Shown here: in pieces, positions 28,101 through 38,171 of the stretch
How the letters are laid out: each line of letters begins with the position of its first letter
Numbering within the stretch: position 1 is the stretch's first letter
Source of the DNA: a virus
Taxonomy: Duplodnaviria; Caudoviricetes
Virus record (IMG/VR): IMGVR_UViG_3300031993_000027
Location: 1 to 64,000 of that record
Length of the DNA: 64,000 nucleotides
Reading direction: 5' to 3' (one strand)
The notes under the pieces: generated by a model
The model's database searches: none
Told to the model about the DNA's origin: nothing
Seen by the model: the letters and a program-made list of their open reading frames with translations, nothing else
Position numbers and translations under genes: made by a program

Positions 28101-29130
28101 TGATGTTAGGAGAGAGCGCATTAATGGAAGGTAATACCTGCGGTCTCGGATTGAAGGTCACATAGTTATTTACCGTAGTAATAATATTCGTATAACGGTA
28201 ATTTGTTCCGTTGAACTTATAGTAAGGTGTTATCTTTAAAGAGTAACTATGTTCAGGGATAAGGTCTTTTGAGTTGCAAATATTCCAAGTGAATTTAAGT
28301 TTTGAAGACCCATCTACATTAGTCCCTTCAGACTTTGCCACTTCCTTATAATATTTGCGAGTGTTGTTTGCTTGGTCGTAGAGTTCAACTAAAAAATGCG
28401 TAGCAGTGCCACTAGTTGAACTGTAAGGGAATGTCCAACTAACAGAAATAGCACGCTCGTTCCTGACCGTTCCATAACTAGCACTAATGTTGCCTACGTT
28501 AACCCTAGGCTTAATATAGAACTGTCTTTTGATATATTCGTCGCCTTCGCCAACACCTGCTCCGAAGTCCTTCTTAATTTGAAAAGCAACCTTTTCAGAG
28601 TTGTTATTAAGAGCCTGATTGTTCCCTGATTCAAGAAGATTTCTAAAAGGATAACTAGATTTATTTAAGAAAAAATCATCAAAGACAAGGATTTCACTTT
28701 GAGGAGTACCATAGCCTACCCACCACGAATTACTTGCATTTGTCTTATTTTTATATCCAACCGCACTGTTATTCTGATATGCAGGTTCAATAAAATAAAC
28801 TCCACCGTAATCAGACCCCCAAACACCATTTTTGCGTCCTATTGTCGAAGCCCAACTAAAAACAGTAATATTATTGCCTGTTCCTGATTCATACATATAA
28901 ATGTCAAAGACAGGCATACGTGCTGTATCATTAAAATATTGGTCGCTGATATATATATCCGAACAATTTCTTGTATTAAGAAAAGTCGGGGGTGGATAAG
29001 GATTAGACGTAATAGGAAAAGGGGGTTTATTTAAAACAGGTTGTCCTAAGACACTATAATTTGCCCATACCATGTAGTTAGAACTTCTATCACTTGATTC
29101 CTGAAATATCTGTTTCCCTGTACGTGCCAT
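25138..29130 (-). CDS. tail fibre / receptor-binding protein
   Basis: 1330 aa, last gene of the tail operon; three FN3-like repeats; C-terminal lectin-like domains. Confidence 0.7.
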   Translation of the reverse strand: MARTGKQIFQESSDRSSNYMVWANYSVLGQPVLNKPPFPITSNPYPPPTFLNTRNCSDIYISDQYFNDTARMPVFDIYMYESGTGNNITVFSWASTIGRKNGVWGSDYGGVYFIEPAYQNNSAVGYKNKTNASNSWWVGYGTPQSEILVFDDFFLNKSSYPFRNLLESGNNQALNNNSEKVAFQIKKDFGAGVGEGDEYIKRQFYIKPRVNVGNISASYGTVRNERAISVSWTFPYSSTSGTATHFLVELYDQANNTRKYYKEVAKSEGTNVDGSSKLKFTWNICNSKDLIPEHSYSLKITPYYKFNGTNYRYTNIITTVNNYVTFNPRPQVLPSINALSPNIRRDEQNFNITFSYNNKPESNGVVKKFVVVLVNGGTTYSVGTVTNSYANSNAGVKTYTIPVNLQNINIQTSGYYSCKVTPVYDGSYIQNGAHIYSLTGSPATYNNYVRRDPRPTNQITNLKVKVNGEYVEVDHVVKPKQEPLELIWSYDDSNPAETGIANYYKLEFVNVATFIVPQKSASINFENISLGVEYTLIITPLFSETLEGTNPATYTDFLLVDSGLSNIQRISPTSTRATWFVGDTDNGEKSLFRIAVRLPKDNNYDFLTQEEKDAYRYNSLEVTYIGDETGFFLTYDISDNSTEDNPTYICVSGSGELTHQNTVIIDLTGIDLDPITAIEQGEEKKFYRIKIEVESQYGSKRSANYKIYIEDFPLAVAEDGSNGDYPRGYPISAESMNKFIEARNVVATFADGSVSASVVAGEKIKYTDLQSLIEPINALYLATAGWDNVKRYEMPRAISPDGSLSSNAPAYLKSNPEVYDHIFAITNKKTGLSQLSEVPDDYAEEYNKYFQQPLGNYNYTFRSVNGNVPVEGADGLPLYSASEFNVSWSYFLLYWHLHTKTVLADYYLMQTTAQYTNSDSQTYGGWITIPDLELKTTYTYEIDADLNPSTPSRLWTIAGGSYQYTPDDREFKYRGLFLVLDGETGKLRMELAGQQSSDDCPPLDIVEGRNTYTLHGSSITPSMNQVWTTDTYGSVDDGYIYVDDMELYTDYTFEITGSLDKEFGRCYTIIGGTGATNTEGLFVCEDGNNGNFLNLQTGIQYNTGVISNEDIRPYINTPHTFVLAGNGSHTQATSGGFYIMNGRDSINDEPFVPAYTYIAPFVNGCGTVQEIKIKDASNNVVADFIPEAYEGVSGVRDKVSNKFYPATRPNRIYVNQEERTYTGFMLLAPKDYSLVDGKILGAYKMVDALYGNYGKFYKLSIYDENQNLIKSFVPKRQNEHIGVLELVNNVFYPCNDDDKFYMYREGQAPLSLFMLGNPDEEETPDEEEEP

Positions 29131-29151
29131 AGTATCCTCCTTTGTTTGTTA

Positions 29152-30066
29152 TTAGTTGTAGACAGCGTTATATACCTTGTCTCCTGTTATCGTTCCTCCG
29201 ACACTAAGATTGCCTGTAATCTCTACATCAGTTGTATCCAGTATAATCTTACTCGAAGAAGATATTGTCGGTTCTCCTGCTGTTGACAGGTCGATTGTAA
29301 TGTCTCCTATCGTAACTGTGTTATTAGAGACAACAACTGTTGTTCCATTGACGTTAAGTGTGATGCTAGAATCTGAACTGATTACGCTTCCGAGAATGTC
29401 GAGCAATGTCGTTGTATCATCCTTGAAAACAATCTCCTGATTATCTACGGTAACAGACTTCTTATCGGTAAGAACGTTACTAGATATGAACTTAGCATAG
29501 CCAACCTTTTCATCATCGGTTGTCTTGTTCAGGTATGTATCGCTTACATCACTAGCGAGGAACGTTTCGAGAGACTTACTATTATCAGTATTACTCCTAA
29601 TCTCGTTAGTAGAGAACGGAAACGGATTCGGTGTGAAGTCAGTGTCCACATCACCGTTAGAATCAAGTACGCCAATCTGAAGATATTTGTACTCGTCTCC
29701 TACCTGTGGGTCATCGAACTCAATCGTGATACCTTCAATCAGGGTATTATCAACAGGGTCAACACCTGCCATAAGAAGGTTGTTAACGTCAAAATCTATC
29801 TTAATCCACACGTTCTTGCTCGAAGGTGCGTTAGCAATAGTAAGAGTGTCCGTAATAGTAATAAGGTATCCGTCAATATTGCACCTGCCAACGGCTATCT
29901 CCAAATCAGAGCCACTCTTAGAAATACCAAGACCCTCAACAACGAAGTTAAGGGTATTAAGCCTTGTTACTATTGCCTTAATATTTCCCTCGGCTGTTAT
30001 CTTACCCTGTGTAGTGGAATTGCTTGAAGGGAATACTTCGATATCGGAATAAGGTATATTTGCCAT
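29152..30066 (-). CDS. baseplate/tail-fibre associated protein
   Basis: GRCNIDGY motif, beta-rich C-terminus, position in operon. Confidence 0.55.
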   Translation of the reverse strand: MANIPYSDIEVFPSSNSTTQGKITAEGNIKAIVTRLNTLNFVVEGLGISKSGSDLEIAVGRCNIDGYLITITDTLTIANAPSSKNVWIKIDFDVNNLLMAGVDPVDNTLIEGITIEFDDPQVGDEYKYLQIGVLDSNGDVDTDFTPNPFPFSTNEIRSNTDNSKSLETFLASDVSDTYLNKTTDDEKVGYAKFISSNVLTDKKSVTVDNQEIVFKDDTTTLLDILGSVISSDSSITLNVNGTTVVVSNNTVTIGDITIDLSTAGEPTISSSSKIILDTTDVEITGNLSVGGTITGDKVYNAVYN

Positions 30067-30078
30067 AGTTTATCTCCT

Positions 30079-30654
30079 TTATGTATTTTCATTGATTGAC
30101 GTAATAGAGATATCCCATACTACGTCTATAAAGTCGTTTTCTTTCTTTTCTATCGGTGTAGGCATTACATACCTAGCGCAAAGTTGATGATTAGGTGTAA
30201 GAAGACCTATCTCTTTGATAACAGTAGGGTCATCTGTCGTTCCTGCTAATACATCGGAAGCAATATAAAATCTTAGAGAGAGTGTAATAGTAGTAGAACT
30301 TTCATTATATCCGCTTGAACCTACACATATTTTCTCTAAGTCTGTGCCAACAGAATACGGTGGAGAATCATCCTTACTTCCATCATAGTAAAGATATTGT
30401 CCAAGACTTGTATCGGTAAAAGATGTAGGGTTATCAGAATATCCAACTACAAAGAAGTGCGGATAAAAATCTGCCATTACGTCTTCTGTGTTCTTTCTGT
30501 CAAAGTCTCCCCTAAGAAATTTGAAGACCCCAAGGGACATTTGCTTAGTACCTAAGTTGTGACCGAAATACTCTTTATATTTACCTGTATTTCCGTCTAC
30601 AACTCTTATCCCGACGTTTACATTTAACTTAAAATCTATACCTTGCACACGCAC
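30079..30654 (-). CDS. tail fibre attachment (collar-like) protein
   Basis: HN, IKEIGL, LCAR, PIEK....DVVW motifs. Confidence 0.6.
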   Translation of the reverse strand: MRVQGIDFKLNVNVGIRVVDGNTGKYKEYFGHNLGTKQMSLGVFKFLRGDFDRKNTEDVMADFYPHFFVVGYSDNPTSFTDTSLGQYLYYDGSKDDSPPYSVGTDLEKICVGSSGYNESSTTITLSLRFYIASDVLAGTTDDPTVIKEIGLLTPNHQLCARYVMPTPIEKKENDFIDVVWDISITSINENT

Positions 30655-30661
30655 ACCTCCA

Positions 30662-31306
30662 TTACGGTTGTTGTTCGTTTACTTCACCAAAGCCTACCAT
30701 ATTAACATCATCATCAGGGTCAGACATAGGCATAACCTTGTTTCTGTTGTTGACCGAGAAATCCAAGTTGGAAACCGTAACGAGGTCTCCAAGTATGAGG
30801 GCTTCTTTAGGTCTGATGTTAACAGACTGCTTGATTTGTACCGCCATTCCGACAGGTCTTACCACTTCTATTAATTCATAGAGTTTCTTTGTCAGGACAT
30901 TTGCTCCGACAAACACATTAAGAACATTGTTAGTCGTGTCATATATGATATTCAGGTAATCCATATCACCGCTTATATCATCCTTCTCTAAAGCACTGTT
31001 TATAGCAACGGCACACGCTAATCTGATGCCCTTTTCACTTCCCCTGTATTTTATCATTAACGGATAGTATTTGATTATCAATCTGTTCGTTTCATACGAC
31101 AGGGAATAGTCATACTCGTATCCTACATACGAAGCAAGAAGAGGAAGATGCTTGCTAGGGCATTTATCAGCATTAACTAACGATACCATGTTGTTGATAT
31201 CGTTCTTTTCTACATTGGTTATGATATCAAGTAATCTAAGGATTGCTTGAAAATCTCTCGATGTAGTGTATATATCAGGTACATTGTCTCTCGAATGTAT
31301 TAACAT
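30662..31306 (-). CDS. baseplate wedge protein, P2 gpI-like
   Basis: LPLLASYVG, YRGSEKGI, VRPVG. Confidence 0.75.
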   Translation of the reverse strand: MLIHSRDNVPDIYTTSRDFQAILRLLDIITNVEKNDINNMVSLVNADKCPSKHLPLLASYVGYEYDYSLSYETNRLIIKYYPLMIKYRGSEKGIRLACAVAINSALEKDDISGDMDYLNIIYDTTNNVLNVFVGANVLTKKLYELIEVVRPVGMAVQIKQSVNIRPKEALILGDLVTVSNLDFSVNNRNKVMPMSDPDDDVNMVGFGEVNEQQP

Positions 31307-31317
31307 CGAAACTCTCC

Positions 31318-33210
31318 TTATATTCTAATGCTGTCTTCTGCTATCTCCAAGTCACCTGCATTGATTTCAGGCAATACCATATTGATTACATTCTGCTGAT
31401 ATGTGATGTTCAATGTCGTTGTCATAGCACCTGTGAAGTTAACCGTGATATCGCCTGTCTGATAATCAACCGTTCCCGATAAGAACACAGCCGATTCGCA
31501 ACTTAGTCCACCTGCGTTGTCGTCAAAGATAGTGCTTCTTCCGTTATCAAAACTGATAGTCAGGGTAGAAGGTTTGATAGGGGCACTAAGAGTAGCCGTG
31601 TACGTGGATACTCCTGTTATGTCAACCTTGCTATTCTTCTTTCCTGTTATGATTGTCTTATCCGTAACAGGTGTCGTGCTTGTTATATTACCGTCGATAT
31701 CATAGGTATGGAGACAATATTCTATACCGTCCACATCCACGTTATAAATCAACGGAGAAGCCGAATGAATCGTATTGATAAGACCCGAATATCCGATAAC
31801 AGAATTGTACCTGATATCTTCTCTCTTATAAGACTGTTGTATTGCGTCTATGACAGCGTTGTAGATGTTGTTAGCGGTTGTCTTGTCTACTTTCTCTTTG
31901 AGATATATTGTCCCTTTAATCGTCCAATTATAATAAGTGATATCATCAAAATCTATCATCAGGTTCAACGGCATCAACTTGTTCTTTTGTAACGCATTAA
32001 GGATTGTCGTTCTGAAGTCTGCATCAGTTACGCTCTGCTCAAAAGCCTCGGTCTTAGTCACATATATCTTAACATCATTAGCATGGAACTCTGTACCGTT
32101 TCCATCAAAGTCGTCAGGGTTCGGGTCTGTGGTCAAGTCCGTTACCATGCAATTAGCGACACCCTCAATCCTTCTAGTTGCTTTCTCAAAGTCACTAGCC
32201 GTTATTAAGGTGTCATAAGTGTTGATATAGTTGACTACATTATCTCTTGCTTCTTCAGGCGTTTCCGCATTAAATCCATAAGTGCTGTTATCGTTTACGA
32301 TATTGATATCTGAAGATACATCTACCTGATTTCCGTTAACGGTCTTGATAATTCTCGAAGTAGCCTTAACGATAGAGTTCTGCTCTACCTGTCCGTTGAT
32401 ACCTGCGGATACAAGATAGAACAACTTGAACTTCGTTGCTCCAAAGTTCTGCCAATAGGATACGAGTTCAATATACGGTCTGTCATCACTGTCTGTCTTT
32501 AACTCGAAGTATCTTCCTGTATAGGTAAGAGCATCTACGTTGTCAACCTGCTTCCATTCCTGACCCTCTCCAAGTCCTGAATCGTCAATAAGGATTATTG
32601 AGGTTTCGTCTACGGTTATATCATCAAGGTAAATCTTGTTACCTGCAATGATATCTTCGCTTGCAACATTGTAATTAAAGACAGTATGCCAAGCCTTATT
32701 AGGGTCAGCAGGTACAACTTCCGCACCAACATAACTAGGAGTTTTCGGAATGCCCTGTACTAATTCTACTTCGATTGCCGTGTTACCATTAGCAGGGATA
32801 TTCGTTTGATTTCCGATATATGTGTATGTTGTATCTCCGTTCTGTGTTGCGAACGATGTGAACTTTGGAAGCGTAGCATCTGAAGTTCCAATATTGGTAA
32901 GAGAAGCATTACATCTAGCAGATTGATACCAATGAAGTTTATAGCCTACGAGACCGAAGACCTGTACTGCGTTCTTCCTCTGTGACACCGTAGCAGGATA
33001 AACTTCCAAGACAGCCTTATCATGGTTATATGACAGCATATCTCCGTACATACTAATCAACTTGATAAGCAATACGCCCACGTCAGATTCGTCCGACGTG
33101 TTCCAAGTTTGAGACATATTCTGTACGCTGTCTACAAGGTCTGCATAGATAGAAGCAAAGTCCCTAGAATCAACTTTAATCTCGTTTATGTTGTTTGTGT
33201 CGATAGCCAT
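31318..33210 (-). CDS. baseplate wedge protein, T4 gp6/P2 gpJ-like
   Basis: SRDFASI, ESDVGVLLI, ETPEEAR, LITASDF. Confidence 0.85.
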   Translation of the reverse strand: MAIDTNNINEIKVDSRDFASIYADLVDSVQNMSQTWNTSDESDVGVLLIKLISMYGDMLSYNHDKAVLEVYPATVSQRKNAVQVFGLVGYKLHWYQSARCNASLTNIGTSDATLPKFTSFATQNGDTTYTYIGNQTNIPANGNTAIEVELVQGIPKTPSYVGAEVVPADPNKAWHTVFNYNVASEDIIAGNKIYLDDITVDETSIILIDDSGLGEGQEWKQVDNVDALTYTGRYFELKTDSDDRPYIELVSYWQNFGATKFKLFYLVSAGINGQVEQNSIVKATSRIIKTVNGNQVDVSSDINIVNDNSTYGFNAETPEEARDNVVNYINTYDTLITASDFEKATRRIEGVANCMVTDLTTDPNPDDFDGNGTEFHANDVKIYVTKTEAFEQSVTDADFRTTILNALQKNKLMPLNLMIDFDDITYYNWTIKGTIYLKEKVDKTTANNIYNAVIDAIQQSYKREDIRYNSVIGYSGLINTIHSASPLIYNVDVDGIEYCLHTYDIDGNITSTTPVTDKTIITGKKNSKVDITGVSTYTATLSAPIKPSTLTISFDNGRSTIFDDNAGGLSCESAVFLSGTVDYQTGDITVNFTGAMTTTLNITYQQNVINMVLPEINAGDLEIAEDSIRI

Positions 33211-33587
33211 TAATTGCGCCCTCCTGCCATTGCAAGTGAGAAATTAGAATATATACCTTCAGCCTTAATGTAGTACCTCATATTGATAATTACTGCATCC
33301 TCTTCATAGGTAAAGGTAATATCGTCCGAGTTCATTTCAATTCTCTTCTCATATAAGTTTACCGCATTTAATATCTTAGAGCGAATCATTTCTTCAAGAA
33401 GTGCTCCCTCATAATCAAATACGTGCTCCACTATATCCGAACCGAATATCGGGTCTCCGAGAAGTTCAGGAGTAGTAGAGTTAAGAAGCAGATACAGACA
33501 ACGGTCAATAGACTGTTTGCCTGATTCAAGATTGACCTTGCCTGTTGTCACATTAAATATATTAGGAAATCCAATCGTCTGATTCAT
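33210..33587 (-). CDS. gp25/gpW-like baseplate protein
   Basis: ELLGDPIFGS, YEKRI. Confidence 0.85.
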   Translation of the reverse strand: MNQTIGFPNIFNVTTGKVNLESGKQSIDRCLYLLLNSTTPELLGDPIFGSDIVEHVFDYEGALLEEMIRSKILNAVNLYEKRIEMNSDDITFTYEEDAVIINMRYYIKAEGIYSNFSLAMAGGRN

Positions 33588-33596
33588 TTTTACACC

Positions 33597-35504
33597 TTAA
33601 CCTGTATACCTAAGAACATAGTCCCAACCTTTTGAATAGATACGGTACTCACAAACAAGAACCTCTCTGCCTGTTTGGTCTCCACCTTGACCGTAGATAC
33701 CGCCTGTCTCCGAGATACTTGCCTGTACCATCATTCCGTTTCCAATGTAGCAAGCCGTGTGATGCGCCTCGTTAAGAAGTACGTCGCCACGAACTAACTC
33801 CATATTAGCATTAAATGGAATAGCCGTAAATCCGCATTGTGTAAATACGGAACGCATATTTCCTGTATATGTCGCCCCTTTATCTCTAACCCCTGTTCCT
33901 GCGTTTTGGTATCCCATGATGACAAGGCTAGAACAATCCACATCGGGGTTGAGGTAACGGTTCTTCTGACTGTATCCGTGAGAATCGTCATTAGCGATAT
34001 CTATCATCCAATTTACAGCCGTGTCGATTACTCCATTGCCCGAAGCGTTAACGTTGTTGCTTACACCTTCGAGATATGGTAAAGGGTCAACAGCGACACC
34101 GTTCATATACATTTCAAAGCCAAGGAATACCGAGTTAGCATCACCGCTTCTTCCGACATATCCAATGACTTCTCCCTGCTCTATGTCTACTGTATCCGTA
34201 GGGGCATGATTACGATGATTATTAGGGAAGTTACGCAGGTGAGTATATCTAGTTGTATACTTGCCCTGTTTAATCTCTACGAACTTACCATAGCCGTTAG
34301 CACCTCTGTCTAAGAACTTAGCCGTTCCACTATGCGAGGCTCTTACTTCTGCACCCATGATACCTTCTTCAAATATCTTGATGCCTTTATTCTTTCCACG
34401 CTCAAATCCCTCGACAATCTCTTTACAGTCTGTCGGATATTCGACAGCAAATCCAAGAGAATTAGTTCCTTGTAAATCTGAAGAGGTTGCTGTGGTCAAA
34501 GCCTTGTTGATATCAAGAACTTTGACCTCGTTATAGACCCTAGTCCTTCTGTCTCTGTTTCCATAAGCCGAACTGCCAAGCCAATAGTCACCGTTAAGGG
34601 TCTCGTTATAAAGACCGTCCAAGTCTTTCTTTCTCGACGCTTTAGCGATATTCATTGCTCCTTTTGGAGATTGGTTATACATATCGCAGAAATATATCTG
34701 TGCTCTGAAGTCCGTTACGCCCACAGATTCGCCCTGTGCTACGTAGTTAGACAGATATTCGTTAGTATATTCATCCTGTACCGTATGACCGTTAGGAGTG
34801 TCGATAATAGCCTTTATCGCATTGTAGTTGCTGTCATCTTTGATTACATAGAAATCACTCCACGATTTCTCTAAGGAGAAGTTAGCACCGTAGTTACTGT
34901 ACAGCGCATTATATTGAGAAGGGTTAGCGTCCCTTATCCTTCTCATTAACTCCCTGCCGTTGTTAGCGTGCCACTGAAGAAGTCCGATAGAGATTGCATC
35001 TACATCTTTAGGATTAATTATGTTATAGTTCTTACCGCCTGATTCATTGGCAAATATAACATCAGCCATGACACTAAGATTGGATGTGCCATTTGAAATA
35101 GACAGATTATTGTTATCGCTTCCTGTGTAAGCACCTGACACCAACTCGTTGATTTCACCCTTGGCAAGAGAACCCATATAGATAGGGGAACGCAAATCTC
35201 CACCTTCGAACATGACCCAACCTACTGTTCCGACTGAAGGTAAAATGATAGGCATATCACCTGCAAAGAGTTCCTTCATAGAATCAATAGTGAACATATC
35301 CATATCCTTAAATATGGTCGTACACATAGTTGCCCAAGGGTATTCTCCGAGTTCATCAGAATATCCTGTTTTTTGTTCTACAAACTCACCGTGACAGGTA
35401 GGTATATAGACTTGTACCCTATTCAGTTGTTGAGGGTCATCTACTCTCGTTACTCTTGCTTTAAGTGGAGAATAATAACCCTTGTAAGCATTGTTCTCGT
35501 CCAT
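33597..35504 (-). CDS. gp5-like baseplate spike/tail lysin: OB-fold, lysozyme-like, degenerate M23 and NlpC/P60-like domains
   Basis: DDP..LNRVQVYIP, WVMFEGGD..SPIYMG; NESGG...SIGLLQW; GYGKFVEI..YTHL..GEVIGYVG; DCSS...HHTA. Confidence 0.8.
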   Translation of the reverse strand: MDENNAYKGYYSPLKARVTRVDDPQQLNRVQVYIPTCHGEFVEQKTGYSDELGEYPWATMCTTIFKDMDMFTIDSMKELFAGDMPIILPSVGTVGWVMFEGGDLRSPIYMGSLAKGEINELVSGAYTGSDNNNLSISNGTSNLSVMADVIFANESGGKNYNIINPKDVDAISIGLLQWHANNGRELMRRIRDANPSQYNALYSNYGANFSLEKSWSDFYVIKDDSNYNAIKAIIDTPNGHTVQDEYTNEYLSNYVAQGESVGVTDFRAQIYFCDMYNQSPKGAMNIAKASRKKDLDGLYNETLNGDYWLGSSAYGNRDRRTRVYNEVKVLDINKALTTATSSDLQGTNSLGFAVEYPTDCKEIVEGFERGKNKGIKIFEEGIMGAEVRASHSGTAKFLDRGANGYGKFVEIKQGKYTTRYTHLRNFPNNHRNHAPTDTVDIEQGEVIGYVGRSGDANSVFLGFEMYMNGVAVDPLPYLEGVSNNVNASGNGVIDTAVNWMIDIANDDSHGYSQKNRYLNPDVDCSSLVIMGYQNAGTGVRDKGATYTGNMRSVFTQCGFTAIPFNANMELVRGDVLLNEAHHTACYIGNGMMVQASISETGGIYGQGGDQTGREVLVCEYRIYSKGWDYVLRYTG

Positions 35505-35508
35505 ATCA

Positions 35509-37104
35509 TCACCTGTACATATTCTTCAGATAAGTAGGGTCGTATACATCGTCTTTTTCATACGGTGTAGGAGGTTCATTGCCTGTAATCTCACGATACA
35601 CCTTCTTTGCCATAGAAGTCTTCGTGTTAGGTTGCGATTTGGTTTGAGTTTCCGTCGCAGGAGGATTATACGTAGGTGTATAAGGAATATCCTTGCCACT
35701 ATAAGTAAATGAGGTCTCAATCCTAATCTTTGAAGATTCTGCTTCCTGCTTAACCCTCTCGGTAATGAGATTGACTGCACCAGTTATAGTTTTGACAATG
35801 GCTCTCTTAATCCTAAGATACCTACTGCTCGTATCATCAACGATAATCTTGAACAAGGAGAGGTTCGTGGTGAAGCCACCACTAGTTATGTTGCTCCTTC
35901 CTCCGATTACCATATACAGACCTGCTGTATGATGTTTCTGTCCATAAAACATAGGGTTAACAGATATGATTGCTCCGATAGGGATATCGGCAGGGATACC
36001 TTCAAGTTCGATAGAGGCATTGTAAGCCCAATCCATAGGCTTAGACCATTCCCTAGTCGTTACCCTGTTATCCTGTTCCATGTAGTCACCGACTTCAAGT
36101 TCTTCCATACCTTCAATGGATACATCCTTACCCGAAGAATCTATTCCGTATCTTGTCTCCATTATGTTTTCCGAAGTGGCAATATTGAGTTCACCCTTGA
36201 ACTCCGTCTCAAACGCCTTTACGAGATTGTTCGTGGAATTGTCCTTGTGGTTTCCACCCCAATCAAAAGTAAAGATGATTGCTTTTCTGTTCAACCTGCC
36301 GTTAGAGATAACTGAAGTCCTGTGAATATTAATATTCTTCTTGCCTTTGATATCACTCACGGAATACCAGTATTGAGCCGTAGGGTCTTCCTTATCGTCA
36401 ATGTTCATAAGAAGAGTATCAAGATACTCGTACACGGTTACGTCGGATACAGCGTCCATATCCATGTTGTTTGCATAGGAATCACAGTTGTCAATCAACT
36501 CGATATCATAATCCTGAAAATAAGATATGCCTTTATTTCCAAGAGCATCATCCTTGACGAGATTTTTTACTATAAAAGTATCTTCCATGTTGAAAAGGTT
36601 TCTGACAGCAAGCAACGGATTGCCATTGACTATTGGAGGGAAGTTATATCTCTTCTCTCTCAAAGTCATAGCCGTGGATACTCCGTTTATCGTGTAATAG
36701 ATGATGCTGTCTCTAAGGGAAATCGAATATCCGAGGATGATACATTCATATTCCTGTGATACGAGATTAAATCCGTCCACTCCACCGTAGCCGAATCTCA
36801 ATCTGCAAGGTTGCTTTGTCGCTGTTACTCCGTCAAGTGCTCTGTCAATAGCATTAGGGTCTTGATTAGGTTGTGGAACATACGCAATGCTGATAGTAAA
36901 TTTGTTAGCCGAACCAACACCTGTTCCTGCATACTCCATGTCCATCTGCATGAAGTAGTCAACATTGCGCTTGTTATATGTAGACATTTTTAAATCCCCT
37001 ACATAAAAGTCTATGAAGGGGGTACACTTGCTACCTGTCATTGCTTTGGTGACATTAGTGATAGCGTTTTTGAATTGTGTCATCCTATCTACATATTGTG
37101 CCAT
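35509..37104 (-). CDS. baseplate hub protein (gp27/gpD-like)
   Basis: LRFGYG, ASIELEG, GLYMV...SNITSGGFTTNL; synteny. Confidence 0.65.
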   Translation of the reverse strand: MAQYVDRMTQFKNAITNVTKAMTGSKCTPFIDFYVGDLKMSTYNKRNVDYFMQMDMEYAGTGVGSANKFTISIAYVPQPNQDPNAIDRALDGVTATKQPCRLRFGYGGVDGFNLVSQEYECIILGYSISLRDSIIYYTINGVSTAMTLREKRYNFPPIVNGNPLLAVRNLFNMEDTFIVKNLVKDDALGNKGISYFQDYDIELIDNCDSYANNMDMDAVSDVTVYEYLDTLLMNIDDKEDPTAQYWYSVSDIKGKKNINIHRTSVISNGRLNRKAIIFTFDWGGNHKDNSTNNLVKAFETEFKGELNIATSENIMETRYGIDSSGKDVSIEGMEELEVGDYMEQDNRVTTREWSKPMDWAYNASIELEGIPADIPIGAIISVNPMFYGQKHHTAGLYMVIGGRSNITSGGFTTNLSLFKIIVDDTSSRYLRIKRAIVKTITGAVNLITERVKQEAESSKIRIETSFTYSGKDIPYTPTYNPPATETQTKSQPNTKTSMAKKVYREITGNEPPTPYEKDDVYDPTYLKNMYR

Positions 37105-37496
37105 TAACTCAATACACTTCCATCAGAATATAAAGATACTAAAGGTGGACACCTAAGAACTGTTCCACATGGAACATCAAAAGGGTCTATGATATCATTT
37201 GCCATTGCTATTATCCACCAGTAAGGAGCAAAGCCGTAAACGATATTGGCAATAACATCCAATCTGTTTTCCGTCTGTCTGTTGACCGTTATATACGTAT
37301 CATTCTCGGTAACAGGGATTTCCTTCTTATCAACAGTGGAATGATAGTAAACTCCGATATGAGAATCAAACAATCTGTCGGTTGTCTGATACCTAGACAG
37401 AGTAGGATAAATCCTCGGAGAATAATACTCCAAGGGTTCATATATTTTTCTAGTCTCGGCTATCGAACCGAGTTCTACTTTTACATAATCACTCAT
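37104..37496 (-). CDS. gp53/LysM-like baseplate protein
   Basis: RLDVIANIVYG...WWIIAMANDIIDPF...GTVLRCP. Confidence 0.85.
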   Translation of the reverse strand: MSDYVKVELGSIAETRKIYEPLEYYSPRIYPTLSRYQTTDRLFDSHIGVYYHSTVDKKEIPVTENDTYITVNRQTENRLDVIANIVYGFAPYWWIIAMANDIIDPFDVPCGTVLRCPPLVSLYSDGSVLS

Positions 37497-37498
37497 TC

Positions 37499-38152
37499 TT
37501 AGCCTCCCTTAATTGGCGGTCTGTTATAAGGGTTAGTCGGAACAGAATTAAGGTCAGAAGCCGAGAAGACACTATCAGGCACGTCAACGAAATTAAGTGA
37601 CACATCACAGCACTGATAGTATCCGTCAATGATTGGTTTCTGCCAATTAAAAGATACGCTCTCTACATAACCTTTGCATCTGAATTGTCCGAACTGAAAT
37701 GTAGTTACAGGCGGTTGAAGACCCTTCTCAACATAAAAAGGAAATACTGACCTTCTTAATTCAACAAGAATCCTGTCAATATATTCTTCATCACCGTTGA
37801 CCATTTCACGGTGAAGTCTGAAATTAAGTCCAAACGTCCTGTATCCTGTTCCTGTAAAGGTGGATATTGGAGAACTTCTTCCCAACGGTTGAGACTGTGA
37901 CCAATTAGCCGACTGTGATTCACTGATTTGGTCAGGATAGCAAGGAAGAGTGAACACTATGTCTGTGCCCTTATTAAAGGCTAATTCTGCATATCTGTCT
38001 CCTATACGAGAATATCCGTTATGATGTACTATCATAAAACACTCGGAAGAAAGATTGCGTATTTCCGTGTTAACAGTAGGATTGATATATTCCTTCAGAT
38101 TGTCTGTCGCATTCAACTGAACAGGATAAACTAGAAATTCTCTTCTAGGCAT
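37499..38152 (-). CDS. tail tube initiator protein
   Basis: PDQISESQSANW...GRSSPI, PPV..FQFG...GYVESVS. Confidence 0.7.
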   Translation of the reverse strand: MPRREFLVYPVQLNATDNLKEYINPTVNTEIRNLSSECFMIVHHNGYSRIGDRYAELAFNKGTDIVFTLPCYPDQISESQSANWSQSQPLGRSSPISTFTGTGYRTFGLNFRLHREMVNGDEEYIDRILVELRRSVFPFYVEKGLQPPVTTFQFGQFRCKGYVESVSFNWQKPIIDGYYQCCDVSLNFVDVPDSVFSASDLNSVPTNPYNRPPIKGG

Positions 38153-38171
38153 ACTTTATCTCCTTCCTGAC

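Noticed and set aside
25138-29130. Diversity-generating retroelement target in the tail fibre
   Set aside because: No reverse transcriptase and no adenine-variant template repeat seen in the window; the internal duplication is old and visible only at protein level
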